Made by a program: the position numbers and the translations under genes. 64,000 nt of DNA from Azoarcus sp. (GTDB taxonomy: Bacteria; Pseudomonadota; Gammaproteobacteria; Burkholderiales; Rhodocyclaceae). The DNA is taken from positions 36,428-100,427 of the forward strand of contig JAIRXQ010000024.1 of assembly GCA_031268195.1 (NCBI GenBank). The letters are read 5' to 3'. The notes under the pieces were generated by a model. The model was not told the DNA's origin and did not search any database. It saw only the letters and a list, made by a program, of their open reading frames with translations. This document shows positions 47,057 through 62,919 of the stretch, piece after piece. Numbering within the stretch: position 1 is the stretch's first letter; each line of letters opens with the position of its first letter.

Positions 47057-47605
47057 ATGGACGGTGAACACGACACCCGCAATCAGGATGTTATCCGCCG
47101 CACGGGGCGCGGCATGGCATGGCTTGCCGCGCTTGCCCTGATTGGCCTGTTATGGCTATTTTTCGCGGACATCGAGGCACGGCGCAACAGCCCTAACCGC
47201 AACGTGAGCGTCATCCCCGGCGCATCCGCCGAACTGGTTCTGAAACGCAACGCCGCGGGTCACTATGTCGTTCCCGGCACCATCAACGGCCAGCCGGTGA
47301 CGTTCATGCTCGACACCGGCGCAACCACAGTAGCAATCCCCGCGCGTTTGGGTAAACAGCTTGGTCTCCCCGCAGGTCCCACCTTCGAGGTTTCCACCGC
47401 CAACGGCATCGCCCAGGCGCGCCTGACGAGCATCGCGGAGCTTGCCCTCGGCCCCTTCGTCATGCGGCAGGTACAAGCCGGACTCAACCCCGGCATGGAT
47501 CATGACGATACGATCCTGCTCGGTATGAACGTGCTCAAAAGGCTGGAATTTACACAACGCGGCGATACGCTGATTTTGCGGACGCTGCCGCAGCAGGAAA
47601 ACTGA
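47057..47605 (+). CDS. Clan AA (retropepsin-like) aspartic protease
   Basis: N-terminal TM, GHY...GTING, FMLDTGAT, ILLGMNVL. Confidence 0.88.
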   Translation: MDGEHDTRNQDVIRRTGRGMAWLAALALIGLLWLFFADIEARRNSPNRNVSVIPGASAELVLKRNAAGHYVVPGTINGQPVTFMLDTGATTVAIPARLGKQLGLPAGPTFEVSTANGIAQARLTSIAELALGPFVMRQVQAGLNPGMDHDDTILLGMNVLKRLEFTQRGDTLILRTLPQQEN

Positions 47606-47711
47606 CTGGCGGATCGAGCGGCGAATGAGCCGATGCGCCTCGATCCGCGCCAGGCCAGATGAATCCCGCCTGAAAACCCCCTTCAAACCCCCTGCAACGG
47701 CGTTCTTCCGC

Positions 47712-48608
47712 TCACGCCGCGGCCATCTCTCCGCCCAACGCTTCGATCAACGCCGGAATCAGCTTGAGCAGTTCGCCTGTCATCAACGCGAATTCGGCAT
47801 CGAACAGGGCTTCTGCATCGTCCTCGTTGCCCAGCTCCTCGCGCACGACGTCGAGGAAATCGAGGCGCTTGAGTTCAAGTTTGTCAGTCAGCACGAAACT
47901 CAAACGGTCGTTGAAAGTCAGCGCCAGTTTGGTCGGCAGCTTGCCCGCCGCGAGGTGATCCTTGATTTCACCACCATCGAGCGGGTGATGGGCATAGCGC
48001 ACCGTTGCCCTTTCTTCACTTATCGAACGCAACTCGCAGTCTTCGTCGATCGTGAAGTTGGCCGGTGGGGCCTCCGCAAGCCAGGCGGCCATCGCAGCGG
48101 CGGGAGAACGTTCAGTGCGCGGGAGGGCGAGCGGGAAGTCGTCGAGCGTATCACGCAGCTGTTCGAGCACTTCCTCGGCACGCGTCGGGCTGGGGGCATC
48201 GATGCCCATCCAGCCACCGACAGGATCGATCCACGCAAACACGCGCCGGCGGCGAGTGAAGGCGCGTGGCAGCAATTCCTGTGTGATCTGTTCGCGCAGT
48301 TCGCGCAACTGCTTGCGGCCCGGCCTGAAGCCCTGTTTTTCGGCCATGCTTTCGGCACGAGCATCCGCTTCCTGCCTCACGACTGAAGATGGCAACAAAC
48401 GCGCTTCGACACCAAGCGCAATCAGCCAGTGCCCCCCGACCGTGCGCAGGCACGCATCATCACCGCCGGGCGCCACCCAGCCGCGCGACTCCATATCCTG
48501 ACTGCCACAAGGCGACAGCGGCCGCGCGGCCAGACGGGATTCGAGATCGGCGGCGGTGATTTTCCAGCCGGAAGGCAAGCGATAAAGCTGAAGATTCCTG
48601 AACCACAT
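47712..48608 (-). CDS. rdgC: Recombination-associated protein RdgC
   Basis: MWFRNLQLYRL, RGWVAP, LLPRAFT, GKLPTKLAL, DAEFALMTGEL. Confidence 0.94.
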   Translation of the reverse strand: MWFRNLQLYRLPSGWKITAADLESRLAARPLSPCGSQDMESRGWVAPGGDDACLRTVGGHWLIALGVEARLLPSSVVRQEADARAESMAEKQGFRPGRKQLRELREQITQELLPRAFTRRRRVFAWIDPVGGWMGIDAPSPTRAEEVLEQLRDTLDDFPLALPRTERSPAAAMAAWLAEAPPANFTIDEDCELRSISEERATVRYAHHPLDGGEIKDHLAAGKLPTKLALTFNDRLSFVLTDKLELKRLDFLDVVREELGNEDDAEALFDAEFALMTGELLKLIPALIEALGGEMAAA

Positions 48609-48828
48609 GAAAAACTGTTCCTTTCAGTGCAGATGGCCCATGCGGGCAACTTCGTGAATGGCCCACGACATGTCGAGCCCGAACGAATGATAAGCCAAAC
48701 ACAAGCGGTGGCATCCACTGCTTCGCGCATGGCTTCGCCTGGCGCGGTTGGTGGTTGGCTATAGGCAGATGTTCGAACGACAAGCGGGTGTTTGGGGGTG
48801 TCTGGAAACGGGATGGGGGTTTACAAGG

Positions 48829-49107
48829 TTTTCTTTTAAATTAAAAGAATAAAACAACTACATCAGGCAGGAATCTGTGGATAAGTCTGGCAGAGGCCGT
48901 GTGTGCGTTGTTTGCGGCCTTGGAAAACCGGGTGGACAAATGCCGTGGATGCTTGTGGGGGGATTGTTTATCGTTTTGGTGTTTTACCGCGACAGGCCAG
49001 TTGTTCACAATGTTCTCCCATGTCGTCCACGGGCTTGTGCAAATGATGTCTGAAATCGCTACCGATCCATTGTCGCGCTGGGAAATTTTTTGCCGGGTTG
49101 TGGATAA
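48829..49107. promoter_or_regulatory. oriC-like region: AT-rich element plus DnaA boxes
   Basis: AT-rich 48829-48860 with inverted repeat TTCTTTTAA/TTAAAAGAA; TGTGGATAA at 48876-84 and 49099-107; near matches GGTGGACAA 48931-39, TTGTTCACA 49001-09, TGTGCAAAT 49036-44. Confidence 0.55.
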
Positions 49108-50167
49108 CTATGGGGATATCGGCGTGTGCTGGCGGCTGGCGCGAGCTTTAGTTGGCAGGCATGGAGTGGGGGTAAGACTCTGGAGCGATGACTGGGAGAC
49201 GCTCATGCGCCTGTGTCCGCAGGCACAACATGACGGTGTGCGCGTGGCGGGCGTCGAGCTGCGGCATTGGGTGGAGCCGTTTGCGCAGGCAGTGCCGGGC
49301 GACGTGGTGATCGAAGCCTTCGGTTGTGGATTGCCTGCGTCACACGTCCAGGCGATGGCCGCACGAAAACGGCCGCCGGTGTGGATCAATCTCGAATACC
49401 TTTCGGCGGAAGACTGGGTGCGCGGTTGTCACGGCCTTGCTTCGCCACAGGCAAGGGTGGCGCTGAGCAAGTATTTTTTCTTTCCCGGCTTCACGGCGGG
49501 TACCGGTGGGTTGATTCGTGAATCGCGCCTGTTCGAGCGCCGCGATCGTGTGCAGGTGGGACGGCCGCGCAACGAGGTGTTGACCGTGTCGCTGTTCAGT
49601 TACGAACAACCCGCGCTGGCGGGTCTGTTGCATTGCTGGCGAACGGGTAGCGAGCCCATGTGTCTACTCGTGCCCGAGGGCCGCGCGCTCTCCAGTGTGA
49701 ATACGGCGCTCGGCGTGGAACTGACGGCGGGGCAAAGCGCGCGCTTCGGTGTTTTGCAGGTGGAAGTGTTGCCGTTCATGGATCAGGAAAGTTATGACGA
49801 AATATTGTGGCAGTGCGACCTCAACTTCGTGCGTGGCGAGGACTCTTTCGTGCGGGCGCAGTGGGCGGCGCGGCCGCTGGTGTGGCACATCTATCCGCAG
49901 GAGGATGAGGCGCACCTCAAGAAACTCGATGCTTTCCTTGCCCTGTACTGCGCCGGACTTGCCGCGTCCGCTGCAAAAGCATTGGCGGATTTCTGGCACG
50001 CCTGGAATGGTTGCGGCGACCCCGCGGCGGCGTGGCCCGGCTTTGCGCGCATATTGCCGCTGCTCGACGCCCACGCGCGCCACTGGTGCGAGGGCCTGGG
50101 CGAACAGCCAAGTCTGGTCGACGCGCTATGGGATTTCTGTCGACACGCCGTGGGAAAAACTGGCTAA
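49043..50167 (+). CDS. earP: EF-P arginine rhamnosyltransferase
   Basis: FCRVVDNYGDIGVCWRLAR, WINLEYLSAE, FFFPGF..GTGGL, NFVRGEDSFVRAQWA; next to efp. Confidence 0.95.
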   Translation: MMSEIATDPLSRWEIFCRVVDNYGDIGVCWRLARALVGRHGVGVRLWSDDWETLMRLCPQAQHDGVRVAGVELRHWVEPFAQAVPGDVVIEAFGCGLPASHVQAMAARKRPPVWINLEYLSAEDWVRGCHGLASPQARVALSKYFFFPGFTAGTGGLIRESRLFERRDRVQVGRPRNEVLTVSLFSYEQPALAGLLHCWRTGSEPMCLLVPEGRALSSVNTALGVELTAGQSARFGVLQVEVLPFMDQESYDEILWQCDLNFVRGEDSFVRAQWAARPLVWHIYPQEDEAHLKKLDAFLALYCAGLAASAAKALADFWHAWNGCGDPAAAWPGFARILPLLDAHARHWCEGLGEQPSLVDALWDFCRHAVGKTG

Positions 50168-50206
50168 AATCCTGCCTCTTTGTTTTTTAGATTGGCAAGT
50201 CAAAGT

Positions 50207-50764
50207 ATGAAAACCGCTCAAGAACTGCGCTCCGGCAACGTGATCATGGTCGGCAGCGATCCGCTGGTCGTGCAAAAGGCCGAATACAACAAATCGGGCC
50301 GCAATGCCGCCGTGGTGAAGATGAAGTTGAAGAATCTGCTCACCGGCACGCCCGCCGAGGCGGTTTATCGCGCCGACGACAAATTCGAGATCGTCGTGCT
50401 CGACCGTAAGGAAGTGACCTATTCCTACTTTGCCGATCCGATGTACGTGTTCATGGATGCCGAGTACAACCAGTACGAAGTCGAATCCGAGAACATGACC
50501 GATGCCCTCAAGTACCTCGAAGAGGGTCTGGCCTGTGAAGTGGTGTTCTACAACGGCAAGGCGATCTCGGTGGAGTTGCCCACCGGCGTCGTGCGCGAAG
50601 TCATCTACACTGAACCCGCCGTCAAGGGCGATACCTCCGGCAAGGTCATGAAGCCTGCGAAGATCGCCACGGGTTTCGAGCTACAGGTGCCGGCCTTCAT
50701 CGAAATCGGCGACAAGATCGAAATCGATACCCGCACCGACGAATATCGCAGCCGCATCAAGTAA
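50207..50764 (+). CDS. efp: Elongation factor P (Arg32 type)
   Basis: [33 protein letters not shown]. Confidence 0.96.
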   Translation: MKTAQELRSGNVIMVGSDPLVVQKAEYNKSGRNAAVVKMKLKNLLTGTPAEAVYRADDKFEIVVLDRKEVTYSYFADPMYVFMDAEYNQYEVESENMTDALKYLEEGLACEVVFYNGKAISVELPTGVVREVIYTEPAVKGDTSGKVMKPAKIATGFELQVPAFIEIGDKIEIDTRTDEYRSRIK

Positions 50765-50792
50765 GCATCGCTGCCGCATCGGGCAAGCGTGT

Positions 50793-52025
50793 CTAAAAGT
50801 TGTCTTTCTCCGGGGGCCATCTGGCCTCCGGGTCGTTTTGCTCGTACTCGGTCGGATCGAGGTGCATTACGATATTGCCCGGCAGCACAGCGCGGGCGCG
50901 GCCCTGCTCCTTGGCTTTGTACATGCGGTAATCGGCCAGTTCCACCAGCGCATGCCAGTCGTCGACCTGGTCGACCTGGGTTTCGACGATGCCGATCGAC
51001 GCCGTCAGCGGTGTGCCGTCTGGACGGTTGCCGAGCCCGCCCGCCTTGAGGCGACAGATGAGCACCGCCAATTGATGCGCGGGCATGTTCGGCAGTAGGG
51101 CGAGGAATTCCTCGCCGCCCCAACGCACCAGCGTGTCACTGCGCCGGAACAGGTTGTGCAGACGCTTGGCGACCTGGCGCAGGATCTGATCCCCGATGTC
51201 ATGGCCATAAGTGTCGTTGATATGCTTGAAATGATCGACGTCGACGAACGCCACCGCCAGTGGACGGCTCGAAATCTCCGACAGATGAAACAGCAATTTG
51301 AGCGTCTCCGAGCCCGAACGCCTCGTGGCCACGCCCGTCAGGGGATCGATCATCGCCCGCTGCACCATGCCTTCCATGTAATGCGACTGGCTCATGCCGG
51401 AGAATACCGCGATGCCCGTCATCATCGTCATGCACCACAGCATGGTGACGATTTCCCCGAAAGGCACCACCGTGCCGTAGGCGAAGGTTCCGATCATGGT
51501 GGTGATGAGTACCGGCAGCGAAAGCAGGATGATTTCCAGCGCGGTCAGGGGAAAAATCGCCAGCCCGCCGAGGACGACGATGGGCATGTAGGTGTAGAAC
51601 CGGGCCATCACCGCCTGTGTCTGGGTGGTGGTGGACAAATCCAGCACCATGACCGAAACCAGGTAGAACACCGATGGCACCAGCATCATCACCACCATCA
51701 TGACGATGGCTTGAACATAGGGCCGGACGCTGGAGAGACTGCGCGGCCAGGCCAGCGTCACGAACACCGCCGCCGAGATGAAGCGCAACTCCATCAACTG
51801 CCAGCAGACCGGCGAATCGAAGGTCACCATGTCGACGATCGACCATAGTGGCACGACTACCGCGAAAAACATGGAAATCAACTGAATACGGGCAATGATG
51901 AGCGAGGCCGCGTAGCGGCGCATGTAGACCGAACGGCCGAAAGGCACGATCAGTCGTTGGATCTGCTCGCGGGACAGTATCCGGGTAAAGATGTGACGGG
52001 AAAAACGTTTCCAGAGATCTCTCAT
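50793..52025 (-). CDS. Membrane-bound diguanylate cyclase
   Basis: Several TMs, DPLTG, DVDHFKHINDTYGH..GD, RRSD I-site, WGGEEF. Confidence 0.9.
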   Translation of the reverse strand: MRDLWKRFSRHIFTRILSREQIQRLIVPFGRSVYMRRYAASLIIARIQLISMFFAVVVPLWSIVDMVTFDSPVCWQLMELRFISAAVFVTLAWPRSLSSVRPYVQAIVMMVVMMLVPSVFYLVSVMVLDLSTTTQTQAVMARFYTYMPIVVLGGLAIFPLTALEIILLSLPVLITTMIGTFAYGTVVPFGEIVTMLWCMTMMTGIAVFSGMSQSHYMEGMVQRAMIDPLTGVATRRSGSETLKLLFHLSEISSRPLAVAFVDVDHFKHINDTYGHDIGDQILRQVAKRLHNLFRRSDTLVRWGGEEFLALLPNMPAHQLAVLICRLKAGGLGNRPDGTPLTASIGIVETQVDQVDDWHALVELADYRMYKAKEQGRARAVLPGNIVMHLDPTEYEQNDPEARWPPEKDNF

Positions 52026-52236
52026 GTCCTGACGCTGAAGCGTAGGCGCCTGCTATCAAAAAATCGCTATTTGTTCGCGGAAGATAATAAAGCGCCGCCA
52101 GATTGCGTATGGATGGGTTATTTCACGGTTGGCGGTGTTTTTGCCTGCCGAGGTCCGGTCGTACGTACAATGAAAGCTGCGTCCTGCCTGTTTCCGCTTT
52201 ACTCGTTCCCGCCTCGTTCGTTCCATCGCCCCCAAA

Positions 52237-57795
<5,559 letters not shown>

Positions 57796-57969
57796 GGTTT
57801 TTTACAGATCGACGCGATCGTCGGCATAATCGTTGCAAATTCGTGCTTCATCCGCAAATTTACACGGATCGTCTGCGTTCCATCCACCCGGCCCCCGCCA
57901 GCGTGAATAGCTCGTCCGCATACTGGCCGATATCTGCTAGAATTTTCGGCTTCAAGGGAGAGACTGAAA

Positions 57970-58662
57970 ATGGAAAAACTGCGGGTGAAAGTGTGGGATG
58001 TGCCGACGCGGCTTTTTCACTGGTCGCTGGTGGTGCTAGTCGCGGCGGCGTTCGCCTCGGGGTTCGTGGGCGGCAACTGGATCGAGTGGCATGGCCGCTG
58101 TGGGCTGGCCGTCGTGGGCCTGCTCGTGTTTCGCATCGTGTGGGGTTTCATCGGTTCCACTTATGCGCGCTTTGTGCAGTTCATTCCCGGTCCGGCGCGG
58201 GTGCTCGCCTATCTGCGCGGACAATGGCACGGTCTTGGGCACAATCCGCTTGGCGCGTTTTCGGTGCTTGGGCTGCTCGCGCTGACCTTGTTTCAGGCAG
58301 GTAGCGGTCTGGTCGCGGATGACAACATTTCTTTCACCGGGCCGCTGAAGGCGCTGGTGAGCCAGGACACCTCCGACGGGTTGACCGGCCTGCATCGTCT
58401 CAATGTCTGGCTGCTCGGTGTGTTGATCTGCCTGCATGTGGCCTCCATCGTTTTCTACGCGCTGGTCAAGAAGCATTTCCTGTTGCCGCCGATGTTGACG
58501 GGGATGGCGGAAACCGACGATTTGCTGGCGAAACCCTTGCGCGGCGGCGGCTGGGTGGCGTTCATCGCCGCGGTGCTGATTGCTGCCGGTGCGGTGTGGG
58601 CCGCCAGCGGCGGGTTGATTCAACCGCCGCCGCCGCCCGCGCAGGAGGCTCCGGCGTGGTGA
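57970..58662 (+). CDS. Cytochrome b (Ni-hydrogenase-type b/b6 domain)
   Basis: VWDVPTRLFHW, WHGRCG, GHNPLG, LHR...LHVASI; four TMs. Confidence 0.88.
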   Translation: MEKLRVKVWDVPTRLFHWSLVVLVAAAFASGFVGGNWIEWHGRCGLAVVGLLVFRIVWGFIGSTYARFVQFIPGPARVLAYLRGQWHGLGHNPLGAFSVLGLLALTLFQAGSGLVADDNISFTGPLKALVSQDTSDGLTGLHRLNVWLLGVLICLHVASIVFYALVKKHFLLPPMLTGMAETDDLLAKPLRGGGWVAFIAAVLIAAGAVWAASGGLIQPPPPPAQEAPAW

Positions 58663-58716
58663 GGCGAGCGCATCGTGGCGGAGGGAGTGGGGGCGAAGCG
58701 GCCTGAGACGCTGGCG

Positions 58717-58778
58717 CCGCGCCACTCCTTCCGTCTCGCCTTCGGCGAGCCACCTTCCTCGGAGAGGAAGGCTCTATC
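58717..58778 (-). repeat. Dispersed hairpin repeat, copy 3 (62 bp, inverted)
   Basis: Reverse complement of 35638-35699 with 3 mismatches. Confidence 0.85.
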
Positions 58779-58958
58779 TCATTCGTCTCGATCCCATCCC
58801 GCGCAAAGGTGGCATCGAGGTGCGCCGACTCATGTTCGGTATGGATGTGTCACGACAAGGGGGGTCATGCGATTGCCCTGGCGAACTACACGAACATACA
58901 TTTTTTGTCGACCGCAGCCGTTAGAATGCATTCCGTTTTTTCAACGGAGCGCATCGTC

Positions 58959-60290
58959 ATGAAACGAATCAAGTGGACATACGCCGTACTGGCCCTGGGC
59001 CTTACGGTGTTGTGGTTGTTCGCCGAGCAGCCGTGGGCGCAGACCTATGCCAGCCTCCGCCCCATCCGCGCCGCCTTCATGCAGCTCACGGGCGTCCTTG
59101 CCTTCGGCGCGATGTGCGCCGGGATGATCCTCGCCTTGCGGCCGGTGTCGATCGAGCCGTTTCTGGGCGGGCTGGATAAAAGCTATCGCCTGCACAAATG
59201 GCTCGGCATCTCGGCGCTGGTGATGAGCGTGCTCCACTGGCTGTGGGAGGAAGTGCCGAAATGGCTGGCGTTGGGCGGGCCGCGTCCGCCGCGCTCGGCG
59301 ATGCCGGCCGATACCGGCTGGTTCGAGGCATTTACGCACCAGATGCACGGCCCCGCCGAGGTGGTGGGCGAATGGACGTTTTACGTCGCCGTCGTGCTGA
59401 TGCTCATCGCGCTCGTCAAACGCTTTCCCTATGAGCACTTTTTCACGACGCACCGGCTGCTCGCCATTGTGTTTTTGCTGCTCGCGTTCCACACCGTCGT
59501 GCTCATGAAGCAACCGTACTGGCAAAGCCCGCTGGGTTGGGTGACGGTCGTGTTGACCGTGGGCGGCACCGTGGGGGCGTTGTTGAGCCTGTTCCGCAGG
59601 ATCGGCCATCAACGGCGGGCGCTTGGCGTGCTCGAAGCGGTGGAGCGCAGCGCCGCCAACACCGTCGTGCGTGTGGATATCCGCCTGCCGAAAGACCGTT
59701 GGGATGGCCATGCGGCAGGACAGTTCGCCTTCGTCAGCTTCGACGACGGCGAGGGCGCGCACCCGTTTACCATCTCCTCGGCGTGGAAGAACGACGGCCA
59801 ACTGAGTTTCCACATCAAGGAGCTGGGCGACTACACCCGCCGCCTCGCGCAGACGCTCAAGGCGGGAAGCCGCGCCACGGTGGAAGGCCCCTATGGCTGT
59901 TTCCGTTTCGAGAGCGACATGCCGCGCCAGATCTGGGTGGCGGGCGGTATCGGCATTACGCCGTTCATGGCGCGCATGGAAGAATTGGCCCACGCTGGCC
60001 GGGCGGCCGGTGCAGTGGATTTGTTCTACAGCACGGCGATGCCGGATGACGCGTTCATCGCGCATTTGCGCCAGCTTGCCGACGCCGCGGGGGTCGCCTT
60101 GCACGTGGTTGTGAGCGGGCGTGACCGGATGCTGGATGGTGAGAGCCTATGCGCCGCCGCGCCGGCATGGCGCGAGTCTTCCCTGTGGTTTTGCGGCCCG
60201 GCGGGTTTCGGGCGCGCGCTGCGCCGGGATCTGGTCAGCCGCGGATTCGAGCCAGCGCATTTTCATCAGGAATTGTTCGATATGCGCTGA
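58959..60290 (+). CDS. Ferric reductase-like transmembrane oxidoreductase with FAD/NAD-binding domains
   Basis: GGLDKSYRLHKWLG, HWLW, HRLL...FH, HPFTISS, EGPYG, VAGGIGITPF, WFCGP, ELF. Confidence 0.88.
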   Translation: MKRIKWTYAVLALGLTVLWLFAEQPWAQTYASLRPIRAAFMQLTGVLAFGAMCAGMILALRPVSIEPFLGGLDKSYRLHKWLGISALVMSVLHWLWEEVPKWLALGGPRPPRSAMPADTGWFEAFTHQMHGPAEVVGEWTFYVAVVLMLIALVKRFPYEHFFTTHRLLAIVFLLLAFHTVVLMKQPYWQSPLGWVTVVLTVGGTVGALLSLFRRIGHQRRALGVLEAVERSAANTVVRVDIRLPKDRWDGHAAGQFAFVSFDDGEGAHPFTISSAWKNDGQLSFHIKELGDYTRRLAQTLKAGSRATVEGPYGCFRFESDMPRQIWVAGGIGITPFMARMEELAHAGRAAGAVDLFYSTAMPDDAFIAHLRQLADAAGVALHVVVSGRDRMLDGESLCAAAPAWRESSLWFCGPAGFGRALRRDLVSRGFEPAHFHQELFDMR

Positions 60291-60320
60291 AAGCGGGCAT
60301 CGGTGATTCCGGGCCGCGTT

Positions 60321-61397
60321 TCATGGGTTCTCCCGCAATTGCCGGATGCGCTCGCCGGTGTTCGGGTGGGAGGAAAGCCAGTCCAGATATTTTTCGCCGC
60401 CGCCGCCGCCGTCTTTGTCACGATCTTTTTGCGCGCGGCGGAGGTGGTGGTGGGCGGCTTCCAGTTTCTCCAGGGCGCTGGCGAGCAGCGCGGGGGATTC
60501 GCCCCGCTGGCGGAGCCTCTCCGCTGCGTAGTCATCGGCTTCGCGTTCCATGTCACGGGAATAGCCTGAACTCAACAGCGCGCCGCTGACGGCACCGACG
60601 GCATAGGAAATATCGCCGAGCCAGGCGGCGGAGATGACCGCGACAGCGGATGACTGAATGAGCATGCGTATGCCGTGCCGTTTGCTCAAGTGGCCAAGTT
60701 CGTGGCCGAGGATGGCGAGGATTTCCGCATCGTCGTCATACAGCGCCACGAGTTCGTCGAGCAGGACGATTTGCCCGCCGGGCAGGGCAAAGGCGTTGGG
60801 GCCGATTGCGGGCGAGGCGCGGAAGCTGAGGACGAGGCGGTCGCCATAAGGGGCAAGGCCGGGATCGGCGGCGGCGAATTTCTGGAAGTCGTCCTGCAGT
60901 TTCCGGCGGCGATCTTCCGGCAGGGCGGAGGGTTTGAACAGGTATTTGTCGAGTTGCGCCAGGGTTTCGTCGGAGAGAGAACGCATGGCGGTGACGGGAA
61001 CGTGGGGCGCGATGAATTTGGCGCCCCAGGGCAGTCCCCAGAAGTAGGCGGCCAGCAGGATCAGGGCAATGCTGGCAAGCGAGGCAAGCGCCCAGCGCCA
61101 GCGGTTTTGCAGACGCACGGCGATGCTGTCGCGGTGGCAGAGGGCCGTAAGCAGGGCATCGAGTTCCGGGCCTTGCCCGACTTCACAAAAGGCGTTGTCA
61201 TTGACAAAGCGCAGGGTGCGCGGCGCGGACCCCTGCGCCTCGGAGGCACGCACGGCGGCGGCGGGAATGCTGCGGCGCACGCCCTCCGGGCTGTCGAGCA
61301 GCAGATGAGCGTCGTCCACGCTCAGGCGCACGGGCTGGCGGCGCGAACTGCGTCCGTCGTAGTAATGGGCATCCAGGCAAGGCGTATTCGGTTGCAT
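60321..61397 (-). CDS. M48-family zinc metallopeptidase
   Basis: NAFALPGG, GHELGH, YSRDMEREAD, WLSSHP. Confidence 0.9.
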   Translation of the reverse strand: MQPNTPCLDAHYYDGRSSRRQPVRLSVDDAHLLLDSPEGVRRSIPAAAVRASEAQGSAPRTLRFVNDNAFCEVGQGPELDALLTALCHRDSIAVRLQNRWRWALASLASIALILLAAYFWGLPWGAKFIAPHVPVTAMRSLSDETLAQLDKYLFKPSALPEDRRRKLQDDFQKFAAADPGLAPYGDRLVLSFRASPAIGPNAFALPGGQIVLLDELVALYDDDAEILAILGHELGHLSKRHGIRMLIQSSAVAVISAAWLGDISYAVGAVSGALLSSGYSRDMEREADDYAAERLRQRGESPALLASALEKLEAAHHHLRRAQKDRDKDGGGGGEKYLDWLSSHPNTGERIRQLRENP

Positions 61398-61403
61398 GCC
61401 GGA

Positions 61404-62684
61404 TCAGAACCCGAAGTCGAAATCGAAGATTTCGGCAACTTCCTCGCCGACGGCGCTTTTTTCCCGCGTCGCGCCGGCGACGAAATCATCGAGACTGCCC
61501 GCGGCAAGCACGGCGGTGTGTTCGGCGCGGTAGCGGGCGATCTTGACCCTGGCCCACGGCCAGTAAAGGCCGAGGGTCAGGATCATGAACAGCAAATTCC
61601 CGGCGAGCACCCAAAAAAAGCGCCAGAAAGTCTGATCGCTCTTGAAACGGTGTTTATCCAGACGGGTTTTGTTCCAGATCAGATTGTTCTGGAGCACCGC
61701 GAACCAGGCTTGCGGTCCGATCAGTAGCAAGATGTACATCAAGGCAATGGCAATGATGAGTACGGCGAAAGCTATGCTGGGTACTATGCCGGGTGCTATG
61801 CCGCGTACGCCGCCCACCGGTATACCTGCAAGGAGGAGTAGCGTTACCAGTATCGGAGCGAATGCTAAAACTACGAGTAACGGGAACAGCACGGAAACGC
61901 GCAGATAAATCCCGTAAAAAGATTTGAGTTTGAACCAGCTCTCGAAGCAGGAAGCGCCAAAAGCCAGGTTATTGAACTGAAAGGCTTTGAGACGGTGCAA
62001 GAGCATGGATATCAGCAGGAACATACCGAGCAGTGACACACCGGACAGTATTTTCCGAAACACGAGCATCCTGAACGCCCCCTCCATGCCAGTCAGTTCG
62101 GTTGTTGTGTATATCACTGCCGCTACCGCTGCCACTGTCCCTGCCAGTGCGATGAACACGAGGAAGGGAACGAGATACGCTTTGCAGAGCCCCTTGTACG
62201 TACCGTGGAAATCGAAATGCAGGCCGCGAAAGGATGTGTTGCGGCTGCGGAAAACAAAGGAGCGGATCATCAGCCAGGGGATCAGCGGCAAAGCGATGAG
62301 CGCCAGCGGGTAAAAGTCATGCGCGAATTTATCGACCAGCGCCAGGGTGCCCAGGAGCGCGACAGCGATGATGCGGCCCTTGAGGATGGCTTTCGGCTCG
62401 CCGTGGTAATCGAACCCGCTGCCGTCGAGTAGCGTATTGCGGTGGAAATATTGCTCACGCCGCACCTTGGCCCATGCCGAATAGATGCCGAACGTCAGGA
62501 TGCTGAGCAGCAGGTTGACAATCCAGATGCGAAAATATTCGTCGCCCGTGCCGGTGAATCGAAGGCGATATTCGACGGGGGCCTCGTCCTGCCGCGCGGG
62601 CGCGGCGTCGTCCGTGGTGGCGGGTCCGGAATGGGGTCCGGCGGGCGCGTCGTCCGGCAACAGGGGCAATGTATCGGCTTGCAT
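61404..62684 (-). CDS. YjgN/DUF898 family membrane protein
   Basis: FTGTGDEYFRIWIVNLLLSILTFGIYSAWAKVR, RNTSFRGLHFDF, LTLGLYWPWA; paired with M48. Confidence 0.9.
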   Translation of the reverse strand: MQADTLPLLPDDAPAGPHSGPATTDDAAPARQDEAPVEYRLRFTGTGDEYFRIWIVNLLLSILTFGIYSAWAKVRREQYFHRNTLLDGSGFDYHGEPKAILKGRIIAVALLGTLALVDKFAHDFYPLALIALPLIPWLMIRSFVFRSRNTSFRGLHFDFHGTYKGLCKAYLVPFLVFIALAGTVAAVAAVIYTTTELTGMEGAFRMLVFRKILSGVSLLGMFLLISMLLHRLKAFQFNNLAFGASCFESWFKLKSFYGIYLRVSVLFPLLVVLAFAPILVTLLLLAGIPVGGVRGIAPGIVPSIAFAVLIIAIALMYILLLIGPQAWFAVLQNNLIWNKTRLDKHRFKSDQTFWRFFWVLAGNLLFMILTLGLYWPWARVKIARYRAEHTAVLAAGSLDDFVAGATREKSAVGEEVAEIFDFDFGF

Positions 62685-62770
62685 GAAAATCTTTTTTGAA
62701 GAAAATACGCAGCAAAGAGAGGGATGTCATTGTATACATGCTTGTATCCCGACGTGAATTTGTCCGCGGA

Positions 62771-62799
62771 TTGACATTTCCTCCGGCGCGGGCTAACTT
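62771..62799 (+). promoter_or_regulatory. Sigma70 promoter of metX
   Basis: TTGACA 62771-76, 17-bp spacer, TAACTT 62794-99. Confidence 0.7.
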
Positions 62800-62809
62800 T
62801 TCCGGCCTT

Positions 62810-62860
62810 TGGCGCCGATTTGATTTCTCGCTTGCGGGCGCCCGACAAATCCGGCTAAAG
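62810..62860 (+). ncRNA. SAM-II riboswitch
   Basis: P1 GGCGC/GCGCC, loop GATTT pairing with AAATC, TTGC and GCTAAA motifs; directly upstream of metX. Confidence 0.8.
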
Positions 62861-62868
62861 CATTGACG

Positions 62869-62905
62869 ACCCAGTCGGCTTCCGCGCCGTCTGGGTTTTT
62901 GTTTT
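62869..62905 (+). terminator. Intrinsic terminator between the riboswitch and metX
   Basis: 11-bp stem acccagtcggc/gccgtctgggt (one T-T mismatch) followed by TTTTGTTTT. Confidence 0.7.
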
Positions 62906-62919
62906 CACACGGATCGCAT

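Noticed and set aside
50961-50978. 9-bp tandem duplication (QVDQVD) in the diguanylate cyclase
   Set aside because: In frame, outside the GGEEF and I-sites; probably neutral.
58924-58933. GAATGCATTC palindrome upstream of the ferric reductase as a Fur box
   Set aside because: Two-base centre rather than 7-1-7 symmetry, and poor flanking match.
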